64,000 bases of DNA, taken from positions 104,739-168,738 of the forward strand of contig NZCK01000007.1 in NCBI GenBank assembly GCA_002688265.1. Reading direction: 5' to 3'. The position numbers and the translations under genes are program-made. Positions 1 through 9,481 of this stretch are shown piece after piece. Positions within the stretch are counted from its first letter, which is position 1. Each line of letters opens with the position of its first letter. Source of the DNA: an archaeon. GTDB lineage: Archaea; Nanobdellota; Nanobdellia; Woesearchaeales; GW2011-AR9. The notes beneath the pieces were generated by a model. The model worked only from the letters and a program-made list of their open reading frames with translations. It had not been told where the DNA came from and searched no databases.

Positions 1-182
1 GTTCAAACTCTTGCTATTATATAAAGATTTCTGCTTGATTGTTACTTTCCAGTAGTTCTTATTTGCTTCTTGAAATGTGTTTGAATGTGAATTAATATGA
101 ATAATAGGATGTTTTTACCTCATTTTAAGTTTGAAAAAGAAAAAAAAAAGAAAAAAAGCAAAGAGGGTTGTTTTTTGGTAAT

Positions 183-1232
183 TTATTCAGTCTCCAAAGA
201 TACATCAACAATTTCTGGTGGCATGTTTACATCCACTACAGTAATTGTAACGCTTTCTTCAACTAAATCTTTACCATCATCTACTGTAACAGTTACTGTA
301 TATTCGCCGTTTTCAGTAAATCCAATCTCCCAAACTCCGTCGTCTCCAACTGGATCACTAATTGTAACCACAACTTCGTCTCCATCAAGGTCTTCGATGT
401 TTAGATCTAAAGTCACAGTCTCTCCTTCAGACACTTCTAAGTCTTCTAGGCCACTGATTATCGGTAGAACATTCACATCTTCAATGCTTAAGGTGAAAGT
501 TTGAGATGTCTCTAATTCTCCGTCACTAGCAGTTACGGTAATCTCATACTCCCCTGCACTGGTGTGATCAGTTTCAAACACCCCGTCTTCTAAAGGTGCA
601 GAGATTGTGATGACCATTGAATCCCCATTAGGATCATCTACACTTGGTTCAAAGACAATTTCGTCTCCTTCTGCGTAAGATAGACTAGTAAGTGTATCAA
701 TAACTGGTGCCACATTTACTCTGTTTACAACCAATAAAACTAATTGTTCTACAGTAAAGACACTATCAGTTGCAGTTAAGGTAACTTCATATTCTCCAGC
801 ATCCCCATAATTGGTTTGCCAAACTCCCTCATCACTTAGCGGTTCGCTAAAGTAATAGGTTACTTCATCTTCATCAGGATCAGTAATAATAGCAGTTAAA
901 TCCACTAATTCACTTTCATCCACTTCAATTGTGATTGCATCAGATAAGTCAGTTGTAGTTTCTTCAACAACTTCTTCTACCACTTCTTCAGCTGCTTCTT
1001 CAACTACTTCCTCTGCTTCAACTGTTTCTTCTAAATCTTCAGCTTCTTCAGTATCTTCAACTTCTTCTGCAGTCCCTTCAACTGTTTCCTCTTCTCCTAC
1101 GTCTGCATCGACATCAGCTAATTCATCGTCAACTAATTCTACTTCTTCAGCTGGTGCATCATAAGTTACACAGCTTGCTAGAAGTAATGACATGATGATT
1201 AGCGCTCCGAGCAGCATTACTTTTATTTTCAT
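183..1232 (-). CDS. Acidic surface lipoprotein with tandem Ig/cadherin-like (PKD-type) repeats
   Basis: Signal peptide with lipobox LLASC after ATG 1232 (GAGGGGG SD upstream); Glu-rich linker; three DPDxD...GEY.VT.TA.D...VN repeats. Confidence 0.7.
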   Translation of the reverse strand: MKIKVMLLGALIIMSLLLASCVTYDAPAEEVELVDDELADVDADVGEEETVEGTAEEVEDTEEAEDLEETVEAEEVVEEAAEEVVEEVVEETTTDLSDAITIEVDESELVDLTAIITDPDEDEVTYYFSEPLSDEGVWQTNYGDAGEYEVTLTATDSVFTVEQLVLLVVNRVNVAPVIDTLTSLSYAEGDEIVFEPSVDDPNGDSMVITISAPLEDGVFETDHTSAGEYEITVTASDGELETSQTFTLSIEDVNVLPIISGLEDLEVSEGETVTLDLNIEDLDGDEVVVTISDPVGDDGVWEIGFTENGEYTVTVTVDDGKDLVEESVTITVVDVNMPPEIVDVSLETE

Positions 1233-1412
1233 GTTTAATTCCCCCTCTTTGCTTGTAATAAGCATATTTGTCCTGTTTTAGGAGAAAAAATCCCTTTTAA
1301 ACATTTGGAGACTGCAATGTATAGAATTAAGTGTGTTCAGTAGAGAGTATATACTTTAGAGAGTTGATCAAAAAGAAAATTTAAAAGAAAAATAATTAAT
1401 TTAGAAAATGAG

Positions 1413-1528
1413 TGGCCCCGCCGTGATTTGAACACGGGACCACCCGATTTCAGTCACTAACGTTCCGAACAGTTTTCGGTGCCGCCAATGTATCAGTCGG
1501 GCACTCTACCAGACTAAGCCACGGGGCC
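1413..1528 (-). tRNA. tRNA-Ile(GAU) with 42-nt intron (1449-1490) at position 37/38
   Basis: Cloverleaf GGCCCCG/CGGGGCC-A, anticodon stem CCCGA/TCGGG, loop CTGATA^A, T arm GTTCAAATC; no encoded CCA. Confidence 0.85.
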
Positions 1529-1659
1529 ATAGGATTGGTTAATGATTGGAAGTTATTTTTAAAGCTTTCTGATGATGTTAGTCAAAGAAAGTTCAAAAAC
1601 ACTTGGTTTTTGTAAGTTACTGAAATTTAAGGAAAAAAAAGTGGGGAGAAAAAAGAAGC

Positions 1660-3849
1660 CTAAGCCCCAAGTGCATTCTCACTTAATCCTTTACGCTGCA
1701 CAATCTTCTTTCGAACATCAGCCTGCAATTCCATTGGTAACTTCTCAAACCTCTGAGAGATCAAAGAAGAAGTTCCACGGCCACCAGTTGCACTCCTCAG
1801 ATCATTACTCCAACCAAATAATTCTCCAACAGGCAATAGTGCAGTTACAATATTGAGTTCACCTTCTTGCTGCATATCTTGAAGTTGACCACGACGAGAA
1901 GAAATTAACTTACTAACTTCACCAACGTAACTATCAGGTGCTTCAATTCTAGTCATCTGCAATGGTTCATACAGAACTGGCCCTGCACCCATAACAGCAC
2001 CACGGATACCATCACGAACAGCAGGATACATCTGAGAAGGACCACGGTGTATAGCGTCTTCATGCAACTTACAATCCATCAAAGTGATTTTCATGTTTAC
2101 ACATGGTTCCTTTGCAAGTGGACCTGCTTTCATTACATCCTGAAACATGTCTAAAACTAATTCCATGATTTCATTAATCTGAACAATTCCACGAGTTCCA
2201 TCGATAAACATGTTTCCTTCAAAAATCCCACGAACATTGCTCGCTTCTTTAGTATCCCAACCACATTCATCACGAAGAACTGCAACCATATCGTTGTCTT
2301 TCTTTTTGTATCTACCAGGATTGATTTTACTGTCTCGAATTGCAGCAGCAGCTTCTTCATCCAAAGGTTCAGCTACAAAATACAAACGGTTGTGCTTGTT
2401 AGGAGACTTTCCTTCTGCTTCAGCACTTTCTTTAGTTACAGCTTCCCGATATACTACAATAGGTGGACTTGTTTTTACCTCTACACCTTTCTCTGATTTA
2501 ATCCGGTTCTCAATAACTTCAAGATGGAGTTCTCCCATCCCATGCATTAAATGCTCTCCTGTCTCTTCATTAATTTCAATCTGAACTGTTGGATCTTCCT
2601 TCTGAACTTGTCTTAAAACTTCAATTAACTTTGGTAAATCACTTGGTTTTTTTGCTTCAATTGCTTTACTCACAACTGGATCGAAAACGTGAGTGATTTT
2701 CTCAAACGGTTCAGCAGGACCACCACTAGTAATTGTTTCTCCTGGGATTGCTGCTTTACAACCAGCAATTCCAATAATATTCCCACTAGGAACGTTGTCT
2801 ACAATTTCTCGCTTAGCCCCATTGTAAATGAATACTTGCTGAACACGAGAAGGCATTTTTGCTTGATTCAAATATACTTGTTCTCCTTTTCTCATTGTTC
2901 CTGAGAAAAGACGACCAGCAGCTATTTCACCTGCTTGTGGATCAACTACCACTTTGGTTACAACGAAAAACATTTTTCCATTTGGATCACATTTTAACAA
3001 AGATTTTCCATCAGTACTTTCTTCGTCTCCATGCCAAATTTTCGGAACACGATACTCTTGAGCCACATCCGGACTAGGATGATGACCAACTACCATATCT
3101 AAAACTACTTCATGGAGTGGAGCTTTTTTTGCGAGAGCCTTGTAAGCATGATCATCGTCGCTAGAATAAGCGTCAATTACTTCTTTAAAACTAATCCCAT
3201 GCTTTTGCATGTAAGGAATACTCAAAGCCCAGTTATGAAAAGCAGAACCAAAAGCTACTGTTCCATCTGCAACATTAACTGTCCACTTCTCTTTGTCAGC
3301 TCCAGGAGTTAATCCACGGATAATTTTGTTAACATTAGAAATCTGTTTTACAAACCGATCTTGCATTTGCTGCGGAGTTAACTGTAATTCCTTAATTAAA
3401 CGATCTACTTTGTTAATGAACAAAACAGGTTTTACTCTCTCCCTTAATGCTTGTCTTAAAACAGTTTCAGTTTGAGGCATAACTCCTTCTGAAGCACAAG
3501 TTAGAGTGATTGCCCCATCTACTGCTCGCATAGCTCGAGTTACATCTCCACCAAAGTCTACGTGACCAGGTGTATCAATTAAGTTAATTAGAAATTCTTT
3601 TTCATCTATTGTGTGAACCATAGATACTGATGCACTATCAATTGTGATTCCTCTTTCCTGCTCATCTTCATGAAAATCAAGTTGCCGAGCTTTTCCAGCT
3701 AGTTCATCACTCATCATTCCAGCACCACTTAATAGGTTGTCTGAGAAAGTTGTTTTACCATGATCAATATGAGCACAGATTGCAATATTACGAATGTTTT
3801 TTTGATCCTTCATGATCCGCATTACACGGTCCACCATTTTTTCTGCCAT
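1660..3849 (-). CDS. fusA: Archaeal elongation factor 2
   Basis: AHIDHGKTT, DTPGHVDF, NKVD, diphthamide loop HEDAIHRG. Confidence 0.98.
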   Translation of the reverse strand: MAEKMVDRVMRIMKDQKNIRNIAICAHIDHGKTTFSDNLLSGAGMMSDELAGKARQLDFHEDEQERGITIDSASVSMVHTIDEKEFLINLIDTPGHVDFGGDVTRAMRAVDGAITLTCASEGVMPQTETVLRQALRERVKPVLFINKVDRLIKELQLTPQQMQDRFVKQISNVNKIIRGLTPGADKEKWTVNVADGTVAFGSAFHNWALSIPYMQKHGISFKEVIDAYSSDDDHAYKALAKKAPLHEVVLDMVVGHHPSPDVAQEYRVPKIWHGDEESTDGKSLLKCDPNGKMFFVVTKVVVDPQAGEIAAGRLFSGTMRKGEQVYLNQAKMPSRVQQVFIYNGAKREIVDNVPSGNIIGIAGCKAAIPGETITSGGPAEPFEKITHVFDPVVSKAIEAKKPSDLPKLIEVLRQVQKEDPTVQIEINEETGEHLMHGMGELHLEVIENRIKSEKGVEVKTSPPIVVYREAVTKESAEAEGKSPNKHNRLYFVAEPLDEEAAAAIRDSKINPGRYKKKDNDMVAVLRDECGWDTKEASNVRGIFEGNMFIDGTRGIVQINEIMELVLDMFQDVMKAGPLAKEPCVNMKITLMDCKLHEDAIHRGPSQMYPAVRDGIRGAVMGAGPVLYEPLQMTRIEAPDSYVGEVSKLISSRRGQLQDMQQEGELNIVTALLPVGELFGWSNDLRSATGGRGTSSLISQRFEKLPMELQADVRKKIVQRKGLSENALGA

Positions 3850-3956
3850 AGTTTTGATTCCTCGTGTTTGTTTTATCTTGTTTATTATAATATAATCAGA
3901 GTATCTTAAACACCCTGTAATAGACGAATTTTCAGTTGAGGTTTATATAAATCTTA

Positions 3957-4032
3957 CGTAAATTTCTGTGAAATTTACGAACTTCATAAGCCAACACCTT
4001 ATGTAAGTTACGTAAAATCTTGGGGATTTTAC
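3957..4032. repeat. Cluster of three short palindromes upstream of the fusA promoter
   Basis: CGTAAATTTC-tgt-GAAATTTACG; CATAAG-N7-CTTATG; GTAAAATC-ttggg-GATTTTAC. Confidence 0.6.
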
Positions 4033-4138
4033 TCACTTTGTAGATAGTTGTCCCAATAATTTCCTTAATAGAAGGTCTTAAAAAAAGGAAAAATGAAAAA
4101 AATAATATCATAAAAAGAAAAAAGAAAAGAAAAAATAT

Positions 4139-4714
4139 TTACTCTACCATTCGATAAATTAATTCTTCGTCAACACGAGGGTATTGATATAATTCGCTTT
4201 CACTAAACCATAACTTAATCTCTCTTGCTGCAGTTTCAGGTGCATCACTAGCATGAATTAAATTTTGAATTGGTCTATTTGCTTTGTCAGCTAAAGCATA
4301 ACTATCAATACTAAAGTCACCACGAATAGTTCCAGGTGCTGAAAATAAAGGTGCAGTATCACCAGTAATTGCTCTAACTTTATTTATTGCACCATGTCCT
4401 TCAAAAACAATAGCAATGGTTGGAGACATACTCAAATAAGATTTAAGTTGATTACGAATCCTAACACCAATCTCTCGTTCAGTTTCATCACTTGTTTTAC
4501 CTAACTTCACATACCCTGCTTTGGCTTTTTTTCCAACACTCATATACCAATCTTCATCATCTGCATAATGTTGGTTTACTAAATCTTCACTTGCATGAAC
4601 TAATTTCATTCCCACGATTTTTAATGTGGCTTTTTCAAATCTAGTGATTATTTCTCCACAAATTGAACGCTGCACAGAATCTGGTTTTAATAGAACTAAG
4701 GTTCTTTCAATCAT
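4139..4714 (-). CDS. ndk: Nucleoside diphosphate kinase
   Basis: ERTLVLLKPD, PGTIRGDF, NLIHASD. Confidence 0.95.
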   Translation of the reverse strand: MIERTLVLLKPDSVQRSICGEIITRFEKATLKIVGMKLVHASEDLVNQHYADDEDWYMSVGKKAKAGYVKLGKTSDETEREIGVRIRNQLKSYLSMSPTIAIVFEGHGAINKVRAITGDTAPLFSAPGTIRGDFSIDSYALADKANRPIQNLIHASDAPETAAREIKLWFSESELYQYPRVDEELIYRMVE

Positions 4715-4726
4715 TTTTATTTACCT

Positions 4727-4833
4727 CCAAATGGTTACGCGTAATCTCGAGCAAGCTCTCCTGACTTTGTTCCTCACGTCACAAAGCATTTGATACGCAA
4801 CGTGAGGCATGTGCTCCTTTTAGTCGCGTAGCC
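4727..4833. repeat. 107-bp structured repeat, copy 1, abutting the ndk SD
   Basis: 105/107 identical to 5806-5912; terminal inverted repeat GGTTACGCG/CGCGTAGCC. Confidence 0.95.
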
Positions 4834-4910
4834 CCACACCACCACATTGTTTATTGTTTGTTTTTATAGTTGATTTAAAAAAAAAAATAATATTAATTTT
4901 AAAAAAAAAA

Positions 4911-5123
4911 TTATTTTTTTGTCTTTGACTTACTCTTACTGCGTTTAGCTTTCTCGTCTTGATAAAACTTAGTCCACTTAGTTGCAAGCGGTTTACGTTT
5001 TAGTTTGAGATAGTTTTTTTCACATTTAGAGTTCTTGAAATAGAGTACAGTACCGTCTTTCTTGACATACATTTTACCGGTACCCGGCTCCATTCTTTCT
5101 CCTGAAAAGCTACATGTTGGCAT
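4911..5123 (-). CDS. rpl24e: 50S ribosomal protein L24e
   Basis: CSFSG...PGTGKMYVKKDG...SKCEK...KWT. Confidence 0.95.
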   Translation of the reverse strand: MPTCSFSGERMEPGTGKMYVKKDGTVLYFKNSKCEKNYLKLKRKPLATKWTKFYQDEKAKRSKSKSKTKK

Positions 5124-5151
5124 TGTTTTTCACCTGTTATAATAGTTTAGC

Positions 5152-5448
5152 TTAACGCTTCTTCCCTCGACGTCCGCCGCCAATTTTCTGCGCTTCAATT
5201 TCAGTATCTAACAACATTAAGATGTCTCCAACTCGAACTGGACCTTTTACATTCCTACGAATTGCTTTGTTCTTATCACGGCCATCTTGAATTAATGCCA
5301 TTACAGTTGTGAGTCCCCCACGGCTACCAGCACGCCCAAGGATTTCTTTAACTTCAGCAGGAGTAGCACTTGCAAAACTTGCATCGCTACTACTTCCAGA
5401 GTCTTTTCCTTTTTTAGTGCCTCTTGTGTTTCTTTCTTCTCTTGCCAT
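5152..5448 (-). CDS. rps28e: 30S ribosomal protein S28e with N-terminal extension
   Basis: [16 protein letters not shown]; conserved L7Ae-S28e-L24e-ndk order. Confidence 0.93.
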   Translation of the reverse strand: MAREERNTRGTKKGKDSGSSSDASFASATPAEVKEILGRAGSRGGLTTVMALIQDGRDKNKAIRRNVKGPVRVGDILMLLDTEIEAQKIGGGRRGKKR

Positions 5449-5462
5449 TTTGGTTTCTTCAC

Positions 5463-5792
5463 CTACTCTGCTTTAGATGCTTCGTTAATTTCTTTAATGA
5501 GTGCTTTTGCATCTCCTTCTTTGGTTACTGCAACTGCTGCACAACCAACTGATAAACCTACTGCTGCGCCCAGAGAATCTTTTTGAGGGATCTCTACACA
5601 AACAATTCCTTTTTCTTTAGCTAAAAGAGGTAAGTGCATTACAATTTCTTTTGGTGATACATCACCTGCGAATGCAACTAGTTTTGCAGTTCCACGTTCT
5701 AACGCTTTAGTTGCTTCATTACTTCCTTTACAAATTTTTCCGGTGCTTCGAGCAATTTCAATTGCTTCTAAGACTTTTGCTTCATCAGCCAT
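5463..5792 (-). CDS. rpl7ae: 50S ribosomal protein L7Ae
   Basis: [21 protein letters not shown]...DVSP.EIV.HLP. Confidence 0.95.
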   Translation of the reverse strand: MADEAKVLEAIEIARSTGKICKGSNEATKALERGTAKLVAFAGDVSPKEIVMHLPLLAKEKGIVCVEIPQKDSLGAAVGLSVGCAAVAVTKEGDAKALIKEINEASKAE

Positions 5793-5805
5793 ATTACATT
5801 TCCTC

Positions 5806-5912
5806 CCAAATGGTTACGCGTAATCTCGAGCAAGCTCTCCTGACTTTGTTCCTCACGTCACAAAGCATTTGATACGCAATGTGCGGCATGTGCTCCTTTT
5901 AGTCGCGTAGCC
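5806..5912. repeat. 107-bp structured repeat, copy 2, abutting the rpl7ae SD
   Basis: Differs from 4727-4833 only at 5880 and 5884. Confidence 0.95.
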
Positions 5913-5918
5913 ACACTA

Positions 5919-6004
5919 AACCATTCATCATTGAAAATTGCACTTTTTTTTGCTTAGAAGTTGAAAACAGAATTTCAACCTCGTTGCAATGCAACTCATT
6001 GGTT
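5919..6004 (-). promoter_or_regulatory. Candidate kink-turn in the rpl7ae 5' leader
   Basis: mRNA reads AACC-A-AU-GA-GUUG ... CAAU-GAU-GA-AU-GGUU; TATA box TTTATAAA at 6030-6037. Confidence 0.55.
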
Positions 6005-6117
6005 CTTATTTGGCTTTTGCTGTGAGTTCTTTATAAATGTTTGGTAGGTTGTGAGCTGCGTTCCTAACTACAGTTCCAGAAGATTCTTAAACGATTTTTG
6101 TAGTGAAGTTGTTTGGT

Positions 6118-7947
6118 ATGTGTGGGATAACAGCATATGTAGGTGATGGGCAAGCTTACCCTTACCTTCTAAAAGGACTTGAACGGCTAGAATATCGAGG
6201 CTATGACTCAGCTGGCGTGGCTACTGTGAACAATGGCCAAGTGCAACTACACAAAACACCAGGCAAAGTCGAACAATTAAAATCAACAGTTTTGCCAGGA
6301 AAAATAGGAATTTCTCATACAAGATGGGCCACTCACGGGCCACCCACAAAAGATAATGCCCACCCCCATCTCTGTCAAACAAATTCTATCGCCCTTGTTC
6401 ATAATGGAATTATTGAAAACTATGCACAGCTGAGGGGACAATTACAAGAAAAAGGATACACTTTCAAAAGTGATACTGACACAGAAGTGTTAGTTCAACT
6501 AATGAATTATTATTACGGCAAAACCTACAACATGGAAATGGCCCTACGAAAAGCATTACATGATGTAGTGGGAGCCTATGGGATTGTAGCGTTTCACAAA
6601 GATGACCCAAGATTATATGCTGCACGCAAAGGAAGCCCCCTTGTAGTTGGAATTGGAGACAATGAAAATTTTGTAGCATCAGATCCTGCTGCATTTTTGG
6701 ATTCAACACGCAGAGTATTGTATTTAGAAGATGAAGACATAGCAGTTGTTTCTAAGAACGATTATGAAATCAAAAGTTTGTGTGTAGGTGAAGAAGAGTG
6801 CGTACACCGAACTGAAGAAAGTATTGATTGGGATTTGTCGTCTGTTGAAAAGAACGGCTTTGAACATTTCATGCTCAAAGAAATCATGGAACAACCTGAA
6901 AGTTTGAAACACTGTTTAGCTGGACGAATAGACTTAACAACGGGTGGGATCAAAGTTACAATTGATTTGCCAGAACATTTTGTCAAACGTTTGTCAAAAA
7001 TAAGCATCGTTGCTTGTGGAACCTCTTCTTATGCAGCTTACGTTGGAAAATATTTGATTGAGAAATATTCTAGGATTCCTGTTGAAGTTGATGTCGCATC
7101 AGAATGGCGTTACAAAAACCCAATCGTGGGGCCTGAAGATCTCGTGATTGTAATTAGCCAAAGTGGAGAAACTGCAGATACACTAGCTGCATTGCGTGAG
7201 GCAAAAAAACAGGGGGCACGAAGTCTTGGAGTGATAAATGTTGTAGGTTCTTCAATGGCACGCGAGGTTGACTCAGGTATTTACATTCACGCTGGACCAG
7301 AGATAGGAGTGGCATCAACTAAAGCATTCACAGGACAAGTTGTGGCTTTGAATTTTTTGGCGTTGCGCTTGGCTGAAATGCGTAAAGATCTGAGGCACGA
7401 AGAAGTTCTTTTGGCAATACAAGAGTTAGAAAAAACACCTGAGTTGGTTACTAGCTGTTTGAAAGAAGCACCTGAGATAAAAGAAGTTGCTTCGCAGATT
7501 AAAGACGCTAAATCTGTATTCTTTATTGGGAGAGGGGTTAATTTGGCAACAGCCATGGAAGGAGCTCTTAAGTTAAAAGAAATAAGTTATATTCATAGCG
7601 AATTTTTTCCTGCTGGTGAAATGAAACACGGACCAATTGCATTACTTGAACCAGGATTTCCCGTCGTTACATTTGTAAATAAAAATGATCCAATGTATGA
7701 GAAAAATTTAAGTTCGATTCAAGAAGCAAAGGCACGCGGGGCGTTTATTATTGCAGTGGCTGACCATGTGGATGCTGTACTGACTTCAAACGCTGATGCG
7801 ATACTGCATGTGCCAACTGTGCCAGATATTTTGCAACCAATAATTAATGTAATTCCTTTGCAATTACTTGCTTATTATGTAGCTTTGGCTCGCGGGTGTG
7901 AAATTGATCAACCTCGGAATTTGGCTAAGTCAGTTACGGTGGAGTGA
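6118..7947 (+). CDS. glmS: Glutamine-fructose-6-phosphate aminotransferase
   Basis: N-terminal MCGI, LEYRGYDSAG, HTRWATHG, C-terminal PRNLAKSVTVE. Confidence 0.98.
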   Translation: MCGITAYVGDGQAYPYLLKGLERLEYRGYDSAGVATVNNGQVQLHKTPGKVEQLKSTVLPGKIGISHTRWATHGPPTKDNAHPHLCQTNSIALVHNGIIENYAQLRGQLQEKGYTFKSDTDTEVLVQLMNYYYGKTYNMEMALRKALHDVVGAYGIVAFHKDDPRLYAARKGSPLVVGIGDNENFVASDPAAFLDSTRRVLYLEDEDIAVVSKNDYEIKSLCVGEEECVHRTEESIDWDLSSVEKNGFEHFMLKEIMEQPESLKHCLAGRIDLTTGGIKVTIDLPEHFVKRLSKISIVACGTSSYAAYVGKYLIEKYSRIPVEVDVASEWRYKNPIVGPEDLVIVISQSGETADTLAALREAKKQGARSLGVINVVGSSMAREVDSGIYIHAGPEIGVASTKAFTGQVVALNFLALRLAEMRKDLRHEEVLLAIQELEKTPELVTSCLKEAPEIKEVASQIKDAKSVFFIGRGVNLATAMEGALKLKEISYIHSEFFPAGEMKHGPIALLEPGFPVVTFVNKNDPMYEKNLSSIQEAKARGAFIIAVADHVDAVLTSNADAILHVPTVPDILQPIINVIPLQLLAYYVALARGCEIDQPRNLAKSVTVE

Positions 7948-7961
7948 AGGCTCCTACGACC

Positions 7962-9143
7962 TTAACCTAAAATATTCTGTTCTCTTAGAAATTCCCCTAG
8001 TGTAATTTGATTATTCTTCCGATGAATAACCTGAGCTTTGATTTGTAAATCATTACAGAAATTCTTAATTTTATCTAAGACAGCTTGAAGTTTTTTTAGA
8101 TCTTTCTTCTCTTGGGTGTGAGAATAAACTTTTTTCTCAAGCATTAGCCCTATTTTCTCTTGATAGATTTCTGCGTTGGCAGCCATACTTTGAAAAGTAG
8201 GATGGTTAAACCCAAACCGTTCCATGAACTCTGACAAATAAGTTTCTCTTTGCTCTTTTGGAGGATCAAAAATTATCTCAAAGAACTTATCCGCTAACCC
8301 TTCCACCCTACGGAATAAAGATTGTTCATGATCTTTTTGACCAGCTCCAATCTTTTCAGCTAGCGCAGTAAATAATCTTGCCCAACCAAGATAATTATTT
8401 TGAGTAGCTTTTTGTTTTAACCGCCATTTCTCCTTTGGTGTTAAAAAATGAGATTTTTCAATAAAGGTAATTGTACTAGAAAATTCTGTTCCTTCAAACC
8501 AACCCCTGCCACCACCAGTAGTTACAGGATAACCTTTATTTTTTAGACGCTTACTAACAGCAGAAAGAAGAGTTTCTTCTTTTGGATAAGGAATAACCTT
8601 TGCTCTTCCAGACAAAGCTTCAAACTCTTGGTTTTTTGAGAAATATTCTTCTTCAGGAACTAAAATTTCAGCAGTTTTTGGAAGAGACAATTGTCCAATG
8701 ATCCAAGTGTCAACAGGGTTTAAACTAACTATTCTTTTTTTCATATCAATAAAAGGAACCAAAATAGCGTATTTACAACTCCATCTAAAAAACTTCCCAG
8801 CATTAACAACCCCTTTAACGGCATAATTTAAAGTGAAATGAACTGTCATTCGAGGATATTTAAGTTTAGAATCTTCAATTATTGCTTGCGCAGAAGAACT
8901 ATTAATGTTAAATAAATAATGGCCTGTCGGTTTGATTACTCCTCTTTTAGGAAAAGTGTTTGTTGAATGAATGGCCATTAGCATCCGATCATCCAAATTC
9001 TCAATGAAATATTCTAACATCGCAGCCTGATGTTTCTCTGCTTGCACTTCTTCAGATATTGCTTTTCTTCGTATTAACTCCTGCTGCTCTTCATGTTTAG
9101 CTAGATTGAAGAATTCTCTCATCTCTTTTCTGGTTAGAGTCAT
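7962..9143 (-). CDS. Hypothetical protein, possible ADP-ribosyltransferase/Tpt1-like fold
   Basis: 393-aa ORF; IHST...GVIKP...R.TVHFT motif order. Confidence 0.5.
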   Translation of the reverse strand: MTLTRKEMREFFNLAKHEEQQELIRRKAISEEVQAEKHQAAMLEYFIENLDDRMLMAIHSTNTFPKRGVIKPTGHYLFNINSSSAQAIIEDSKLKYPRMTVHFTLNYAVKGVVNAGKFFRWSCKYAILVPFIDMKKRIVSLNPVDTWIIGQLSLPKTAEILVPEEEYFSKNQEFEALSGRAKVIPYPKEETLLSAVSKRLKNKGYPVTTGGGRGWFEGTEFSSTITFIEKSHFLTPKEKWRLKQKATQNNYLGWARLFTALAEKIGAGQKDHEQSLFRRVEGLADKFFEIIFDPPKEQRETYLSEFMERFGFNHPTFQSMAANAEIYQEKIGLMLEKKVYSHTQEKKDLKKLQAVLDKIKNFCNDLQIKAQVIHRKNNQITLGEFLREQNILG

Positions 9144-9481
9144 CTGGTAAGAAAAAGAATAAACTGAGCTATTTTAATTATCCCTTTTTAGATTTTGTAA
9201 AGAAAAAGAAATGGGCCGAGGTAGGGCCCAGAATATTTTTTTGTTTTTTAGAGGTGGTTTGAAGTATACTCAAGATAAGAGGTATGAAGTCAACTTGAGT
9301 ATAGTAATAAGGTAGCGCTCATCATTTATAAATAAGGTCAAAGCATAGTATAGAGTCTAGAACCATAAACCTTTTAAAGAGAAAATTAGTTTTTGAGTGT
9401 TACTTACAAGTAGCATTAATATTATAGTGGTGATTTTTGGAATTTAACAGTTACTTGTTACAAATTTAGGGGGAATCATAG

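Noticed and set aside
97..1164. Ser/Thr-rich plus-strand ORFs 97-504 and 931-1164
   Set aside because: Antisense shadows of the acidic lipoprotein; the same applies to the other short ORFs lying opposite core genes
1572..1856. ORF opposite the fusA 3' end
   Set aside because: Antisense overlap, poly-A-derived lysines, no motif
2030..2070. Possible loss of the diphthamide site in aEF-2
   Set aside because: Target His is present (HEDAIHRG)
4727..5912. Repeat pair as CRISPR or composite transposon
   Set aside because: Only two 107-bp copies, no spacers, cas or transposase; enclosed genes are ribosomal
5920..6117. glmS ribozyme upstream of glmS
   Set aside because: No recognisable ribozyme core; the structure belongs to the divergent rpl7ae leader
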